This document shows positions 31,685-45,343 of a stretch of DNA of 64,000 nucleotides, piece after piece; the stretch's first letter is position 1; every line of letters begins with the position of its first letter. The notes below the pieces were generated by a model. The model made no database searches. It saw only the letters and a list, made by a program, of their open reading frames with translations, and was not told the DNA's origin. Location: the NCBI RefSeq assembly GCF_009914755.1, contig NC_060925.1. One strand, written 5' to 3'. The DNA comes from the human T2T-CHM13v2.0 reference genome, Homo sapiens. The position numbers and the translations under genes are program-made.

Positions 31685-32700
31685 TTTAGAGACAGGTAAT
31701 CAACAGGATATATACATGTATAGAGAAAAATTTCTTTTAAGAAATTGACTCGTGATTGTGGAAGCTTGGGATCTGCAGGATAGGCCCAGGGAACAGTTGT
31801 AGTTTCAGACCAAAGTCAGTATTCTGGCAGAATTCTTTCTTGCTGGGGGAAGGCCAGTCTGTTCAATGAAAGCCTTCAACTGATTAGATGAGGCCCACCC
31901 ACCCCTTTTGGAGCATAATCTGCTTTACTTAAAACACACCTATTTAAATATTAATTTTTTCCTTCCCTCTTACCCTCTCCCCCTCCCCACCTCCCCCTTC
32001 CTTCTCCTCTTTTTCCTTCCTTTCCTGTGGACAGGATCTCACTGTCACCCAGGCTGGAGTGCAGTGACACAGTCACAGCTCACTGTAACTTGAATTCCTG
32101 GACTCAAGGGATCCTCCCACCTCCGCCTTTCACCTGGCTAATTTTATTTATTTATTTATTATTAATATTTATTTTTGAGATAGGGTCTTGCTCTCTTACC
32201 CTGGCTGAAGTGCAGTGATCACGGCTCACTGCAGTCATGACCTTCTGGGCTCAAACAATTCTTCCACTTCAGTCTCCCAGGTAGCTGGAACTACAAGCAT
32301 GTGCTAACATGCCTGGCTAATTTTTAAATTTTTTTTGTTAGAGATTGGGTCTTAACATGTTGCTAAGGCTGGTCTTGAACTCCTGAGCTCAAGAGATTCT
32401 CTTGCCTCGGCCTCCCAAAGTGCTAGGCTTACAGATGTGAGCCATCTAGCCTTTTTTATGTTTTGTAGAGACAGGGTCTTGCTGTGTTGCCCAGGCTGAT
32501 CTCGAACTCCTGGCCTCGAATGAGTCTCCCATCTGGGCCTTCCCAAGTGCTGGGATTATAGGCATGAGCCACTGTACCTGGCCTAAATGTTAATTTCATC
32601 TAAAAAACACCTTCACAGAAACATCCAGAATAATGTTCGACCAAGTAAACATTTGGGCACAGTGGCACAGCCCAGATGACACATAAAATTAATCATCACA
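31685..32700. mobile_element. MLT2-like LTR interrupted by minus-strand Alu pieces (~31955-32583)
   Basis: GCCTTCAACTGATTAGATGAGGCCCACCCAC..ACATCCAGAATAATGTT..GACACATAAAATTAATCATCACA. Confidence 0.65.
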
Positions 32701-32722
32701 ATTAGTTTCAGTGGGGTTTGAA

Positions 32723-33014
32723 CTTTTTTTTGAGACAGAGTCTCGCTCTGTCACCCAGGCTGGATTGCAGTGGCATGATCTCGGCTCACTGCAAGCTCTA
32801 CCTACTGGGTTCATGCCATTCCCTGCCTCAGCCTCCCAAATAGCTGGGACTACAGGCATCCGCCACCACGCCTGGCTAATTTTTTTTTGTATTTTTAGTA
32901 CAGACGGGGTTTCACCGTGTTAGCCAGGATGGTCTCGATCTCCTGAACTCGTGATCCGCCCACCTCGGCCTCCCAAAGTGCTGGGATTACAGGCGTGAGC
33001 CAGTGCACCTGGCC
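32723..33014 (-). mobile_element. AluY
   Basis: GTTAGCCAGGATGGTCTCGATCTC and GCAAGCTC. TGAACTT on both flanks. Confidence 0.85.
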
Positions 33015-33315
33015 TGAACTTATTTTTTAAAAATAAAAAGTTGTAATATTTTCTGATTTAGTTTAGTTTACAAAAATAACAAATTGGCATCAAATAAATT
33101 TATTGGCCAAATTTTAACATAAACCTTTGCATATTGGCAGGTGGGTTGAAAAATGAATTAGAAAATATAGCAACAGTAAATTTTTTGCATTGATGGTGTC
33201 TTTATATCTTTATGTGGTGTCTTTTGTTTCCCTAGCTATGGCAACAACTAGAAACTAGATATCATAGTTTAGAACCAATACCTTCAGATTACTTTACCAT
33301 TAAGTGTTCAACTAG

Positions 33316-33673
<358 letters not shown>

Positions 33674-35221
33674 TAATATTTTAAAAGTCATTGCTCAAAG
33701 GCTTTTGTTTGTCAAATATGTTAAAAAAAAAAAACTGTTTAAAAATAATGTTCATTTCATTTTCATCTCTTTTTAAAATTTCTATTGTGATTTCATAACT
33801 ACGTAATTCAATAGTATATCATTTAATATATAAATAACTACATATAATTGTTTTTGTTCAGGTTTTTTACTGATGGGGTTTGGAATTTAAAATTTGGAGA
33901 CTTAATCTAGAGGATAAAGAAGTGTAATATAAAATTTGGTGAAGAAGATTGTGGGAAGAGAAGCCTTTGAAGCAATTTAGAAAAATAAAGGAAGATTGTT
34001 TCAGCTTTGAAGTGTTGTTGTTTTTTTTGTTTGTTTGTTTTTGGAATTGTTTTTCATTGATTGTGTTTTAGTTTCAGTTTGATGAAAATTCTAATTTACA
34101 GTAGTTTATATTATGCAGATTGAGTTTACTGAGCAGTGCATTTTCTTGCTGTATTCAGATATATTTTGAAAACCAGATGATAATCAGAAAGTTTCGTGGA
34201 AGAATAGAGTGGTAACTTGCTTTTAGGAGTAGAATTTTTTTTGATGGTTTAAGGTAGAGAAAGAGATAAAAGGCAAAAGGAGATAATTTGTTTGTAAATA
34301 ACGTGACTAAACCACAAGTGATTTTAAAACAACCTGTAATTATGGAAAGGGATGATACTTGAATTTTTTTCAGCATTGCAGACTTGATATAAGAGGGGGA
34401 GACAGCACCAAGTTATTAGTCAATTTGGAGCTTGTTCTTAAAGCAAGGGAAATGATGGTTTCTGTGGCAGGAGGTGGCATCTTTGAGAACTGAAAGAGCC
34501 TTGTAGGACAGTGGTACTCTATTATATGTCATTATCATGTTTCCTGCATTGCAGAACATGTTTAATAACATCACCACAGTCCTATTTAGGTGGGTGATGG
34601 GACTTCCATTTTAAGATGGGAAAACATTCAAGGAGCCTTGTTAGCTTGCCCAGTTTCAAACATCTCGGAAATGGCAGATCCCAGAATTTGAACTCAGGTA
34701 TGTTTGATTTTGTCCAGCTAAATAATTCTTCACTGAGTACCTGCTATGGTGCCAAGCATGGTGCTTAGGCTGTGGGGGTTCAGAGTTGAATGACACATGA
34801 TTCTGGCCCTCAATATAGTATAGCAAATGAATAAGATAGTAATTTTAGGGAGGCTTGGGGACCTGGAGAAAGTCTGAGAGTTTAGGACCATTTTCTGGCA
34901 GACATAATGCCTGAACAGAATCTCAAAGGCCAGGATAGGGGGGATTTGGGGAAGAGTTGACTGCAAAAAGCTGATCAGGGGAGGGTGTTGCAACTGGGAG
35001 AGCCATGTTTGTAAAGACGTTCAGACATAAAGTAGCATGATTTATGCTTAGGGACGACCTATTTCTAGGTCTTAAAGGGTGAAGTGGGGGAGCTAGTAGA
35101 AGAGCCTGGGTTTTTCCTTTTATACCTCATTGCTTCTCTGTACAAATACCAGAAGCTGTTAAAAATATCTGTGGATAAAATTTTAGACTTTTGAAAATGC
35201 ATTTTTATCTTCCTTTTCCAG

Positions 35222-35337
35222 GATCAGTTCGACAGCTTAGACAAGCATACACAATGGGGAATTGACTTCTTGGAAAGATATGCCAAATTTGTTAAAGAGA
35301 GGATAGAAATTGAACAGAACTATGCGAAACAATTGAG
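35222..35337 (+). CDS. FNBP1L: FNBP1L coding exon (probably exon 2), F-BAR N-terminus [38 protein letters not shown](R)
   Basis: Acceptor ttccttttccAG and donor GTAAGT. 116 nt, phase 0 to 2. Translation recognised as the TOCA-1/FNBP1L FCH region. Confidence 0.96.
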
Positions 35338-37029
35338 GTAAGTTAATTTTTTTTTCAGTTTTTAGAATGAAATTACATGTTTAAACAGTTGAATATTAGA
35401 GGAATGTGATAGTCCAGAGGTTAAATTCTATGTTTTTCATCAGAATTAGATTGAATTAGGTAACCGGTTTGTTTTAATGATTAATTAAGTCATTGGCTAG
35501 TACAGTACCACAAGGAATATTGACTAGCTGGATCACAAATAGCTTTCATTCCAGAAAGACACTTAAAAATCTGAAAACTGGGGAGCAAAATGCCGGGAAA
35601 AAGAAATATCTGCGTGTTATTCTGTGTTTTATACTTTTATTCCTCTCTAACTTTTTGCTTTAGTCATCTTTTCAAAGTATTGAATATTTCTTCAGAGTTT
35701 TTTTCTTCAGAGTTTGTAAGACTTGGAAATAGAGTGTGTGCTGAGCTGAGTTTCTTTCTGTCAGTATTCAGTTACATATTATGAATGAATGTGATTTTAG
35801 AATATGTTTTGGAAGATAAAAGTTTTAAAGAGAAAATTTTAGTCTTAAAACTAATGGACTTTGTTGACAAGTAGTTGCTGGAACTTATTCAGTAAAAATG
35901 GTGCTTGAAGTCTGAAGACTAGACACCAGTATAAAGTTTTAGCTGTAGGGTTTAGGATAAAAAAGTGTCCTGAAGTGACAAAAAATCCAACCTAAACAGG
36001 CATACATGACTACAAAGTCCAGGCATATTTTGATTCAGGGGTCAAATAATCTTCAGGCCCCATTTCTTGGCTGTGCTCCCTCTTGTTCTTTTTATTCTCA
36101 GGTTCCATTCATACCATCCTCCGTGTTCGTTTAGCTCTAGGTTTTACATCTTCATACCCCCATATCCTGGAGAAGAATGATGGTCTTCTCTATTGTACCT
36201 TTGGGGAGAAAGGAAGGGAGGGAAAGAGGAAGTGGGGGAATGGAAGAAGAGGAAGAGGGATGGAAGTAAGGGAAAATGCAAGCCTGCACCAAGCTTCTTT
36301 TCTCCAGAAATACTAGCAGAGGGTCTCCTTTAGTCATACTGACTTTGGTTAGGTTATGTGTTTATCCTAAACAATTTACTAATACTGACTTATAGCTAAT
36401 GATGGGGGAAGGATAGTTACTTAAAATTAATTTAAACTAGTGGTCCCAGAAGGAAGGGGGAGTTACTTGAGTGCCTCATATATCCACATAATAGTGCATG
36501 TAACCAACTGACTGGATGTAGGGATGGAATAGACTAGAGTAATAAAAAGCTTGCTTATAATATTTTTATAATGATAAACACTATTATATTTACTGAATAA
36601 TGGCATTATGCTAATTTCCTAATCCGTTTCCCTCCTGTTTGTTTAAACAAGGTATTTTCCACATGAGAGTATAAACAGGGAGCCTATTAGTATATTAATA
36701 ATCACAGTGATGATGTTTCATCTGTCCAAAAGTTAATGATCTGGGAAACTTACCTCTCTAGAATCTAGGAGAGCATGAAATGGCCTCTGAGAGATTAAAA
36801 TAGCAGCTACCAGATGTATTCTTGTGTGGCAAATAAAAATTCTATTTAAATTTTAATTTGATCTCAATTTTAGCACATTAAATTCTCAGATTTCTATTGG
36901 AAAATTCTCAGTTTTTCCAATAGAAATGAGAAAAAGTGCTATAGGTAATACAGTGATGGCAGTGTGAAGGGACAAACAATAAAGGAAAAGGTTTAAAAAT
37001 TACAAAAATAGATGAAATTTACTGCAGGA

Positions 37030-37443
37030 GTGCCCTAGCTCATTTTATGTTGCCATAACAGAATGCCTAAGTCTGGGTAATTTATAAAGAAAAAAGGTTT
37101 ATTTAACTAATGGTTGTACAGGCTGGTAAGTTCAAAGGCATGCCCCCGGCTTCTGGCACAGGGTTTTGATGTGTCAAAGGGGAAGCGTGGATGTATGAAG
37201 AGAGAAAGAAAACCTGAAGGGAAACTGACTTTTTAAAAACCCACTCTCAAAAAGTGATCCAGTCTTATTAGAGTGAGAACGCAACTCACTACCAAAAATG
37301 ACACCAAACCACTATCCATGAGGGCGGATCCCTCATGACCCAGACACCTCCCATTAGGCCCTATCTCCCAACACCACCACTTTGGGAATCAAATTTCAAC
37401 ATGAGTTTTGGTTGGGGTCAAACAAACCATATCCAAACCATAG
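37030..37443 (-). mobile_element. MST-type MaLR LTR
   Basis: CTGGGTAATTTATAAAGAAAA..CCCTCATGACCCA..AAATTTCAACATGAG..ATCCAAACCATAG. Confidence 0.7.
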
Positions 37444-38844
37444 TGAGAAGTGAATCTACTTCTAGGGCCCCAAGAGAATCACTGTATTATACAGAGTGAA
37501 AAAGTAAATACTGGTAAGAATGATCCTGCACCTTCAAGAAAATAATCAGATTATTTTAAAGAAGGCAGAGAATATAACAGTGTTTCTCAAAATGTTTAAA
37601 AAGTCTAATCTGTCCTTTAATCTAGCATTTTCATTTCTAAACTTTCCTGCAGAAAAATACAAGTGAGCAAAGGTGTTTGCACAAAACTCTTCATTGCAGG
37701 AAAAAAAAAAAGTTTCTGGTTGTAAAAGTGCCTGTCAGTAGAAGAATGATGAAAAAGACTGTGGTAGATAAAGTTTTAAAAAAATCAGGTGTACCAGCAT
37801 TTTAAAATTTAAAAGCCTTATTCATCAGGTTGAATGATGAATGTGCAGTAAGAACTGAATGTACAGTAACATGATTTTATTGCTTACTTGTGTTTGTATA
37901 TACAGTTACATATAAAATTTGTATGTATTCTGAAGAGGTCTAGAAGAGTACACCCAGATTATGTTACAATGATTACCGTTGTGGAACCAGAGTAGGGAAT
38001 GATAAGGGAAGGAACTTTTTATTTCATACACTTTTGAATTGTAGTCTTTTCAATGATTGTGTATTACTTTTGTAATTTAAAACACTTGTTAAGAAGAGGA
38101 TATGCTTCAAAAGAGATTCCTATCACAAATTATAAAATAAAAATTGATAATTTATAAGATTAAAAAAAACTTCAGTAATGTGGAATATTTAACTGTCCAG
38201 GACAACTTAGACCTCAAAGCTTTTGAGATGGCCAGGGTTTTGCTAGTGTAACAGGACTCATCTAATCAAATGGCAGACTTGTTTGCCTTCTCTCTGTTCT
38301 GAGACTGATAATAACCATTAGAATTTTCACTTACTTGCAAAAAAGGGATTTGAGCTCCAGTTCATTGAAACAAGGGTGGCTAGAACCCACAACTTCATGA
38401 TATGAAAAGTAGAATTTTGTATTGAGAAAGTGGGTTTTATTATGTACTGATGCTTTACAAAGGTGATTTGAAGGAATGAAGCACACTTAAGGAATTTGGC
38501 ACATTTCCATTCTAAGGATGATTCTCAATAGCAGCGATTCTCAACAAGGGCAGAATTATTGGAGTGTTGAAGTATGAGGAGTAATGAAGAGTTGAGAGAA
38601 GGCATGTTTAATTTGAAATGATCTACATTGAGATTTGCTGCTTTGGATGACTACTTAGTAAATGATTGGATTATCAGCTGCTGTTTATAGTATGTCTTTT
38701 ATCCAAAGGGAAGAGGTTTGCCTTGTTTGTTTCCTCCTCTTTAATGGGAAAAATTCTTTTGGTTAACTCCCCTTATTTTTGCTAGTGCAGAGGATAATTT
38801 CTTTCATAGTGAGGCAGCACTTTTTTTTTTCTCCTAAATAATAT

Positions 38845-39183
38845 TATATTAGTCCATTCTCACGCTGCTAATAAAGACATACCTGAGACTGGGTAATTTA
38901 TAAGGGAAAGAGGTTTAATTGACTCACAGTTCAGCATGGCTGGGGAGGCCTCAGTAAACTTATAATCATGGTGGAAGGAGAAGAATAAGTGCCAAGCGAA
39001 GGGGGAATCCCACTGTAAAACCATCAGATCTCGTGAGAACTAACTCACTGTTGTGAGAACAAGATGGGGGAAACCGCCCCCATGATTCAGTTATCTCCAC
39101 CTGGTCCCTCCCATGACACATGGGGATTATGGGAACTGTAATTCAAGATGAGATTTGGGTAAGGACACAGCCAAATCATATCA
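38845..39183 (-). mobile_element. THE1/MSTA solo LTR
   Basis: ATTAGTCCATTCTCACGCTGCTAATAAAGACATACC..GACACAGCCAAATCATATCA. Confidence 0.85.
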
Positions 39184-40134
39184 ACTATATTCCTGATGTT
39201 AAGCAATTACATTTTAAATATATTACAAGATTAAAATTTCTTAATCTTTGGTAATTCCAGATTGTTTTAATCTTTTCTCCCTTTACTCTTCTGTTGTTGT
39301 GTTTTGATGGTGTTGGTTTAACTTTATTCTGGTGTTTGATATTGATTTTTGGTTTTGGTTTGAGGATGGGAATAAATAGAAAATAAAGCATCTAATTACA
39401 TTTGGAGACATAGTTATATGCAATTGAATCATGTCCATTTTGATTGATGGAAAATGGTTACTTCAGATCACTTGGTAGAGTGTTTTTTGTTTGCAAAGAT
39501 ATGCAACTGAAATCAGTCATTCTTTTAATAAACATTGTATTTGTATAACAGATTAAGATTTCTAAGTAAAAAAAGGAGCCATATATATGTGATAAGTTTG
39601 TATCATTTTAGTTTTTTCTAGTAAAAGTAATTGTATTAAGTTCTATCATAGAGATAGTGCTGTATGAAATTATATTCCCCAGCCTCCACCCCAGAGCATA
39701 CATAAATTTTTGGTTCAGATGTGGCAGTATGGTATAGTGGAAGAGAATTAGGCTGGAAGACAGGAAGTGCACAAACTACTCTTATTTTGGCAAGCAGACA
39801 TCTCTGAATTCCTTTGATCAGAGATTATATTATGTGCATTTCTCTACCCCATACCAAGCCTACCTGGTACCTCTGGAACTGGGTGATTAAATTTAAGTTG
39901 AATGAATAAATAATTAAATAATCTGTGTTTCAGTTTAGTTTAGAAATTAGGATTTCTGACCACATGCTGAACCTTTGACTACATAGCAGCTTTCTATTAA
40001 TACTGGAGTTTGGTGTCGTGTACATCATTGTGATGTGGTCATTAAGTTGGTGTTGTGTACATCATTGTGTCTGCTAAGAACAGTCCTAAATATTTCGGGT
40101 AGGCTTAGATACAGAGCAATCCAAATATAGCTAG

Positions 40135-40272
40135 TCTGTAAGAAGTGCCTTTCACCTCCCGCCATGAGTCTGAAGCCTCCCCAGCCACGTGGAACTATAA
40201 TTCCAATTAAACCTCTTTTTCCTCCCTGTCTCGGGTATGTCTTTATCAGCAGCGTGAAAACGAACTAATACA
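40135..40272 (+). mobile_element. THE1 LTR 3' fragment
   Basis: GCCTCCCCAGCCACGTGGAACT..CAATTAAACCTCTTT..GAACTAATACA. Confidence 0.7.
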
Positions 40273-40349
40273 TAGTCTCTATCTCATTTTACTTTTCTCA
40301 TACCTCTTTATCAGAATTTGGTTTCTGTGTCACTCTTTTGTCCGGCTGA

Positions 40350-40860
40350 AAGATTTTGCATTCTCACCAGCAATGCACAAAGCTTCCAGTTAGTCCACAT
40401 CCTTGTTGTTTTGCAAGTAGCCACCCTAATCGGTGTGAGTTGTTATCTCCCTGTGGTTCTGACTTGCATTTCCCTGACCATTTGTGTATCTTTGGAGAAA
40501 TGTCTATTCAAGTCAGTTTTTAAAATTGAGTTACTTGTTTTTTTGTTGTAGAGTTTTAGGAGTTCTTTGTATATTCTGGATATTAACCCCTTGCCAGATA
40601 TATGATTTGCACATTCTTTCTCCCATTCTATAGGTTGCCTTTTCATTCTCTTGATTGTGTCCTTCTATGCATTGAAGTTTTAAATTTTGATGTAGTTTAT
40701 CTATTTTTATTTTTTTTGCCTTTTTGTGTCATATCCAAGAAATCATTGCAAAATCCAGTATCACAAAGATTTTCTCCTATGTTTTCTTCTCAGTTTCATA
40801 GTTTTAGGTCTTTGATGCATCTTGAGTTAATATTTGTATGTGTTAAAAGGGTCCAGCTTC
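40350..40860 (-). mobile_element. Old L1M ORF2-end fragment
   Basis: The minus-strand ORF 40443-40646 ([26 protein letters not shown]) is L1 ORF2-like. Confidence 0.75.
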
Positions 40861-40863
40861 ATT

Positions 40864-41730
40864 CTTTTTTTTTTTTTTTTTTGAGACAGAGTCTCACTCT
40901 TGTCGCCCAGCCTGGAGTGCAGTGGCGCGATCTTGGCTCACTGCAACTTCCGTCTCCTGGGTTCAAGCTGTTTGAAATGTTTGTTCCTCGGAGCCGTAAA
41001 GAAATAGCACTTGAACATAAATTTATTTAGTAAGGCCATTTTTACTTCCTGCAGAAAGGGTACACTCGTGCCACAAGAGTACACCGAACAAAGGAGACAG
41101 GGTCATTTATAACCTGAGGCATCCACCCTACTGCTGTGTCCAGTTTCCATTGGCTGGAACGGGACCTCACCCCGATTGGCTAGCAACTTAGAACTTTGTA
41201 AAAAGAGGCCAAGGTAGAGGGGAACAAAGGAAGGAGGAAGTAACTTGTGGAATGTTGAGAAAGGTAAAAACACTTTTAAATAAGGAAGAGGAACAGGCTA
41301 TGACCTAATGCTTGCTTGGACCAGTATAAGCACGCTAGGGTAAATATTTAGGCTAAATTGTGGGAGCTAAGAGCATAAAGTAATGTTGATTTCCTTATTA
41401 CGGCTAGCAGATATTTAAGAATGTTAGCACAGGTCTTTAAATAAATTTTGCTTCTAAGAGAAGCTACTATTTATTCCTAATTAGATGGGGAGGAAAGTCT
41501 TTGAAGAGGAACCTCTACTTTACTTTTTACAAAATGATTCTCCTGCCTCAGCCTCCTGAGTAGCTGGCACTACAGGCACCTGCCACCACGCCCAGCTAAT
41601 TTTTGTATTTTTAGTAGAGACGGGGTTTTACCATATTGACCAGGCTGGTCTCGGACTCCTGACCTTGTGATCCACCCGTCTTGGCCTCCCAAAGTGCTTG
41701 GATTACAGGCGTGAGCCACCATGCCTGGCC
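40864..41730 (-). mobile_element. AluS split by an LTR insertion
   Basis: Alu halves at 40864-40968 and 41532-41730. CCAGCTTCATTCTTT on both flanks. Confidence 0.85.
40969..41531 (-). mobile_element. LTR10-family (LTR10C-like, ERV1) solo LTR
   Basis: Minus strand starts TGTAAAAAGTAAAGTAGAGGTTCCTCTTCAAAGAC and ends CAAACA. Two CCAAT boxes and TTATAAA. Confidence 0.75.
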
Positions 41731-42808
41731 CAGCTTCATTCTTTTGCAATGGATACCTTTTATGTTTAATTTTTTTACTATAAGAGAGAAGATTCGTGGC
41801 CGAAAGTGATGGAACTCCAGCTTGAGCTAATTTAAGTATAATGAGAAATTTATTTACAATATAAATTTATTGATTTATTGATTTTAATTTTTTATTGAGT
41901 TCAAGAAGTGGAATAGTCATACTGCTAGAAGGCTTGGTCTACAGCTAGGTCACAGAAAAAAATAAGGACAGTATCTGAAACACCGCCAAAGCCCTTTGTC
42001 TTTTCTTCTTCTTCTTCTTTTGGTGGGTTGGTGGCTTTATTCTTTTAGTGCAGACTGGCTTTCTCCATGTGGCAGGAAATACAGTCATCAACAGTGCCAG
42101 TTTTATGTCTTAGAGATTCAGCTCCCATACTGGCCTCAAAGCTGTGTCAGATCCAAAGTCTTACAACTTTCAGAAAGGGATCTCGTTGGCCCAGCTATTT
42201 TGTTTTCTATCGTTGGGTCACTTAACTGAGCCCACAAATTTGGGCCATATGTGTTAATCTGGCAGCTCTTAAGTAAGTTAAGAAAAGGGGTACAGTCAGT
42301 GAGTCTCAGGTCTCTAATATTACCCTTTGCTGGAAGAAATGGTATGATTTATATTCCATTTTATAAATAGGATATTGATCACCTCTTAAACAGTGATTAG
42401 AACTCAGCCTCTCAAATATTGAAAGGTTGAAAATGTATAGAGGTGATTCTCAGTCTTTTAAGATTTTTGAGATAGTTCACATTCTGGCACTTAGCTGCAA
42501 AATGTTTTAATAGAAGTGAATTAATATTTTGAGAAAGTATTTGGAATATTTTGTAATTTTTACTGAAACTCAAAAGTAAATATAAACATGACAAAACTAG
42601 AATGGATAAAAAGATTAGAATCAACAACTTAAATATATATTAAAAAGGGTGATATATTTAATATCACATATATAACTAATATGTATAGACTACTATAATC
42701 TTTAGAGATGCCCACTAAATTTAGAAGCCTTCTCTGACAACTGAAGGAACAACATTAATTTCTTTTGTATCCAGAGTGCATGAAGCCAAAGTACATAGAA
42801 AAACATGG

Positions 42809-42810
<2 letters not shown>

Positions 42811-42894
<84 letters not shown>
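42811..42894. repeat. Compound microsatellite (CA)20(CT)22
   Basis: Counted directly. Confidence 0.95.
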
Positions 42895-42901
<7 letters not shown>

Positions 42902-43379
42902 CGTCCCTCCCTCCCCCACCCCCCCAAACAATGTATCAGCATATCTATGGAATCTATTATAATTTCTGTAATATGTACTGTGTGTATAAAACTTTGTGTT
43001 TCAGTTAGCTCCTGATTTATGACAACATACTAAAAACATGTCTTACACATAAACTGCTATCATAATTGGTGGAAAACCTGGATTTAGAGAGGGGTGAACA
43101 GAAAAAGAGCCTAGGGGAAGTAACATTAAGGGCAGATTTCTTAAACTAGATGAATTGTCTAAAATATTTTTAGTTTAGGAACAACCTGAATGCTTTGCAC
43201 TTACCTATTAAAATTTATTTGAGCTAATAAGCATATTGTGTTAAAACTGCAAAGCAGGGATTTGCGGGACTTACTTAACCATTCATGCCTTTGTATGACT
43301 TTTTGTTGACTTTAGACTGTTTTTTCAGAAGGCCCAAATGAGATCAGCTGCTTCGGAAGAATAAATTCTTATTGTATAT

Positions 43380-43692
43380 TTTTATTATTAGTTTTATTTA
43401 TTTATTTATGAGACGGAGTTTCACGCTTTCTCCCAGGCTGGAGTGAAGTGGTGCGATCTTGGCTCAGTGCAACCTCCGCTGCCCAGGTTCAAGCGATTCT
43501 CCTGCCTCAGCCTCCCTAGTAGCGGGGATTATAGGTGTACACCACCGCATCTGGCTAATTTTTGTATTTTTAGTAGAGACGGAGTTTTGCCATGTTGGCC
43601 TGGCTGGTCTTGAACTCCTGACCTCAGGTGATCCACCTGCCTCGGCCTCCCAAAGTGCTAGGATTACAGGTGTGAGCCACCACCCCTGGCCT
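43380..43692 (-). mobile_element. AluS
   Basis: Alu dimer with a (TTTA)n tail. Confidence 0.85.
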
Positions 43693-43808
43693 AGTTTTTT
43701 TTTTTTTTTTAAATTATGAAAGCATTATATGATCATTATAACATTTAAATTCAAGTCCCTTCCCAGTTCCTCTCCTGAGAAGTGAGTACTATTAATAATT
43801 TGGTGTGT

Positions 43809-44102
43809 TAGCCGGGGCGGTGGCTAACCCCCATAATCCCAGCATTTTGGGAGGTGGAGGCAGGTGGATCGCTTGAGTCCAGGAGTTTAAGACCAGCCTG
43901 GCCAACATGGTGAAACCCCATATCTATTAAAAAGACAAAAAAATTAGCCAGGCACGGTGACATGTGCCTGCAGTCCCAGCTACCTGGGAGGCTGAGGTGG
44001 GAGGATTGCTTGACCCAGGAGGTGGAGGTTTTAGTGAGCCAAGATTGTGCCACTGTACTCCAGCCTGGGTGACAGAGTGAGACCCTGTCTCAAAATAATA
44101 AA
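43809..44102 (+). mobile_element. Alu (J/S)
   Basis: Alu dimer. Confidence 0.82.
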
Positions 44103-45343
44103 TTGATGTGTCTTCTTTCAGAGCATATGTTTTCCTAGAAATTTGGATTTGGTGGAAAATGAGAAGAACTTTGTGGACAGTGCTGTAGTTTTTCAGGTTG
44201 CAGGGTTGGCTTGAATGGAGTCTTTAGTGACCTGTGTATGGCATCTGAGGGCTCAGGATATTGGGGTTTGGGATGAGTCACCTATAGATGTGTGAGTTTT
44301 ACATACAGGGAGGCAAGAGGAATTTATTTTTAAAATTGCTTAGGACTACCCTGCATGTTCAAAATACAGTTATTTTCTTCCTCTTCCCCTTACCTCTTGT
44401 GTTACATGTGCTCTTCCTCCCAGAAGCTAGAGTTCAAATTAGTGTTATTTATGTGATGTTTAAGCTATTAAAGACTTCTATGGTTACCCTCTGTAGTACT
44501 CATAATTCTTCCAAGTATCAGAAGCCTAACTCAGATTGGTTTAAACAAAGAAAGGAATTTACTGGCTTATTTGAGGGAAAAATTTAGGGATCCAGGTACT
44601 TAGAGAAGTGTTTAGGATCTTTCTTCTTGGCTTTGCTTTTCTCTGTGTTGGTTTAATTTCCCAGTAGGCTCTTTTTCCGTGGCTTTAAGATTATGTCCTA
44701 TCAATTTAACAGCTTCAGCAGAAAGAGAGCATGCCTTCCTAAGAATTACAACAGAAATTTTAGGATTGACTTTCATTGGCCTAGATTAATGGACCTGGAT
44801 CAAATAAATACTCCTGGACCTTAATATGTGGTCACCGTGACCACAGGTTCATAGGCATGACAGTGGAGGAGCTGTATTTTAGGATATGTTAGGCTATACT
44901 AGAATGATAAATTCCAAATCCCAGGGACTAAACATAACTAAACATTTATTAACACTCTTAATCATGCAAAGTCAGCTACAAGTTCAGACAGTCCATGTGG
45001 TAACTCGAGGATCCATACTGTTCTTATCTTCATCTCATCATTCAACCTCCACAGTTGCTTCAGCAGAGAATGAGGGAGCCCAGAGGGTTGTACACAAGCT
45101 CTAAATGCTTCAGCCTGTACTTACACAGAGCTCATAGCCCCATGCAGAATTGGCCACGTCGTTCTACCAAACTGTTAGGGGGCTGGAAAGTGTGTGAAAT
45201 AACATGGCTTTTTGATGAACAGAAATGCATTTCCACAAGCTGTTACAAAAGAAGGGTAGTGATACAGGTAGGTAAAACGTGTCCCCTACAGACTGGGACC
45301 CTAAACAATGTTTAAAATGTTGATATATAAAATGTAGTCAATC

